Of a stretch of DNA of 64,000 nucleotides, positions 63,196 through 64,000 are shown one piece after another. Source of the stretch: Acidimicrobiia bacterium (GTDB taxonomy: Bacteria > Actinomycetota > Acidimicrobiia > Spongiisociales > ZC4RG35); NCBI GenBank assembly GCA_048595045.1, contig JBMDXS010000214.1, forward strand, positions 9,831-73,830, written 5' to 3'. How positions within the stretch are numbered: the first letter of the stretch is position 1; each line of letters begins with the position of its first letter. The position numbers were made by a program, and so were the translations under genes. A model generated the notes under the pieces. It did no database searches. It had not been told where the DNA came from and worked only from the letters and a program-made list of their open reading frames with translations.

Positions 63196-63966
63196 GTGGA
63201 GATCGAAGGATCGGTGGCCCTGATCACGGGTGGCGCCTCGGGTCTCGGCCTCGGAGCAGCATCCCGCCTCATCACCGGTGGGGGATCGGTGGTCCTGCTC
63301 GACATCGACGAGAGAGGTGGCTCTTCGGCACTCGAGGAGCTTGGGGACAGGGCGCGGTTCATCGTCTGTGACGTTCGCAACCCCGACATGGTCGCCGATG
63401 CGGTGGCGAGGGGCGCGGCCGAGTGGGGCAAGATCGACGTCCTGGTCAATGCGGCCGGCGTCGCCCCCGCCCAACGTGTGATCTCGCGGGATGGCGAGAT
63501 GTTCGACCTCGATCTCTTCGAATTCGTGATCCGGGTCAACCTGGTGGGGATGTTCGATGTCATTCGCAACGTGGCCGCCGTCATGGCCAGGAACGAGCCA
63601 GGGCCCGATGGCGAGCGAGGTGTCATCGTCAACGTGGCCTCCATCGCCGCGTTCGAGGGCCAGGTGGGACAGGCCGCCTATTCGGCCTCGAAAGGAGGGA
63701 TTGTGGGCATGACCCTTCCCCTGGCCCGTGATCTGGCGGGCGTCGGCGTCCGGGTCGTGGCTATTGCGCCCGGAATAATGGACACCCCCCTGCTCGCCGG
63801 GGCGCCACCGGAGCTCAAGGACGCGTTGGCAGGATTGCATGTCTTCCCTCGCCGCCTCGGCTCACCGTCCGATTTCGCCCACCTGGTCCAGGCCATCGTC
63901 GAGAATCCCCTGCTCAACGGCGAGGTGATACGACTCGATGCCGGGGCCCGGATGCCCCCACGCTGA
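63196..63966 (+). CDS. short-chain dehydrogenase/reductase (3-hydroxyacyl-CoA dehydrogenase type-2-like)
   Basis: It has a GTG start with GAGGAGG upstream, then ALITGGASGLG, NAAG, and the catalytic S...YSASK. Confidence 0.85.
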   Translation: MEIEGSVALITGGASGLGLGAASRLITGGGSVVLLDIDERGGSSALEELGDRARFIVCDVRNPDMVADAVARGAAEWGKIDVLVNAAGVAPAQRVISRDGEMFDLDLFEFVIRVNLVGMFDVIRNVAAVMARNEPGPDGERGVIVNVASIAAFEGQVGQAAYSASKGGIVGMTLPLARDLAGVGVRVVAIAPGIMDTPLLAGAPPELKDALAGLHVFPRRLGSPSDFAHLVQAIVENPLLNGEVIRLDAGARMPPR

Positions 63967-64000
63967 CCACTCGCTCAAATTTCGACCTGTCATCGCTGTG

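Noticed and set aside
1-64000. Search for tRNA, rRNA, CRISPR, transposase/integrase and prophage genes
   Set aside because: No cloverleaf-like conserved tRNA segments, rRNA-like stretches, spaced direct repeats or recombinase-like ORFs were seen by eye. Dedicated tools (tRNAscan-SE, Infernal) should confirm their absence.

Overview
The window is a densely coding, very GC-rich bacterial chromosome segment. Its codon usage and gene content look actinobacterial, but that is an inference and no taxonomy can be proven from the sequence. I support about 58 protein-coding genes, one glycine riboswitch, a small family of palindromic intergenic repeats, and one tandem 33-bp coding repeat. I found no rRNA, tRNA, CRISPR array, transposase or integrase. 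Housekeeping genes include gatB (3' fragment), pyk, gabD, gpsA, ychF, gcvP, menC, menD, menF, murI and an aspartate aminotransferase. There is also an aromatic ring-cleavage module, many transporters (NhaA-DsbA fusion, MscS, two UMF1/Atg22-type MFS, EamA/DMT) and stress or compatible-solute genes (mannosylglycerate-synthase-like GT, an LEA-like 11-mer repeat protein). The most interesting locus is 42.0-48.3 kb. It holds a HerA-like ATPase, SbcD/Mre11, SbcC/Rad50 (with a CPVC zinc hook) and a NurA-like protein, in the gene order of the archaeal herA-mre11-rad50-nurA end-resection operon. A palindromic repeat and a structured leader interrupt this cluster. The leader carries an Arg-rich 12-codon uORF whose stop overlaps the nurA-like start codon. 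The same roughly 33-bp repeat family (three intergenic copies) also has a diverged, exactly 33-nt in-frame copy inside the conserved GTPase gene ychF, which adds 11 residues. This resembles the in-frame palindromic elements of Rickettsia. Many long ORFs in the six-frame track are antisense or shadow ORFs typical of high-GC DNA and were not called. All family assignments rest on motif recognition by eye and need HMM or BLAST confirmation.
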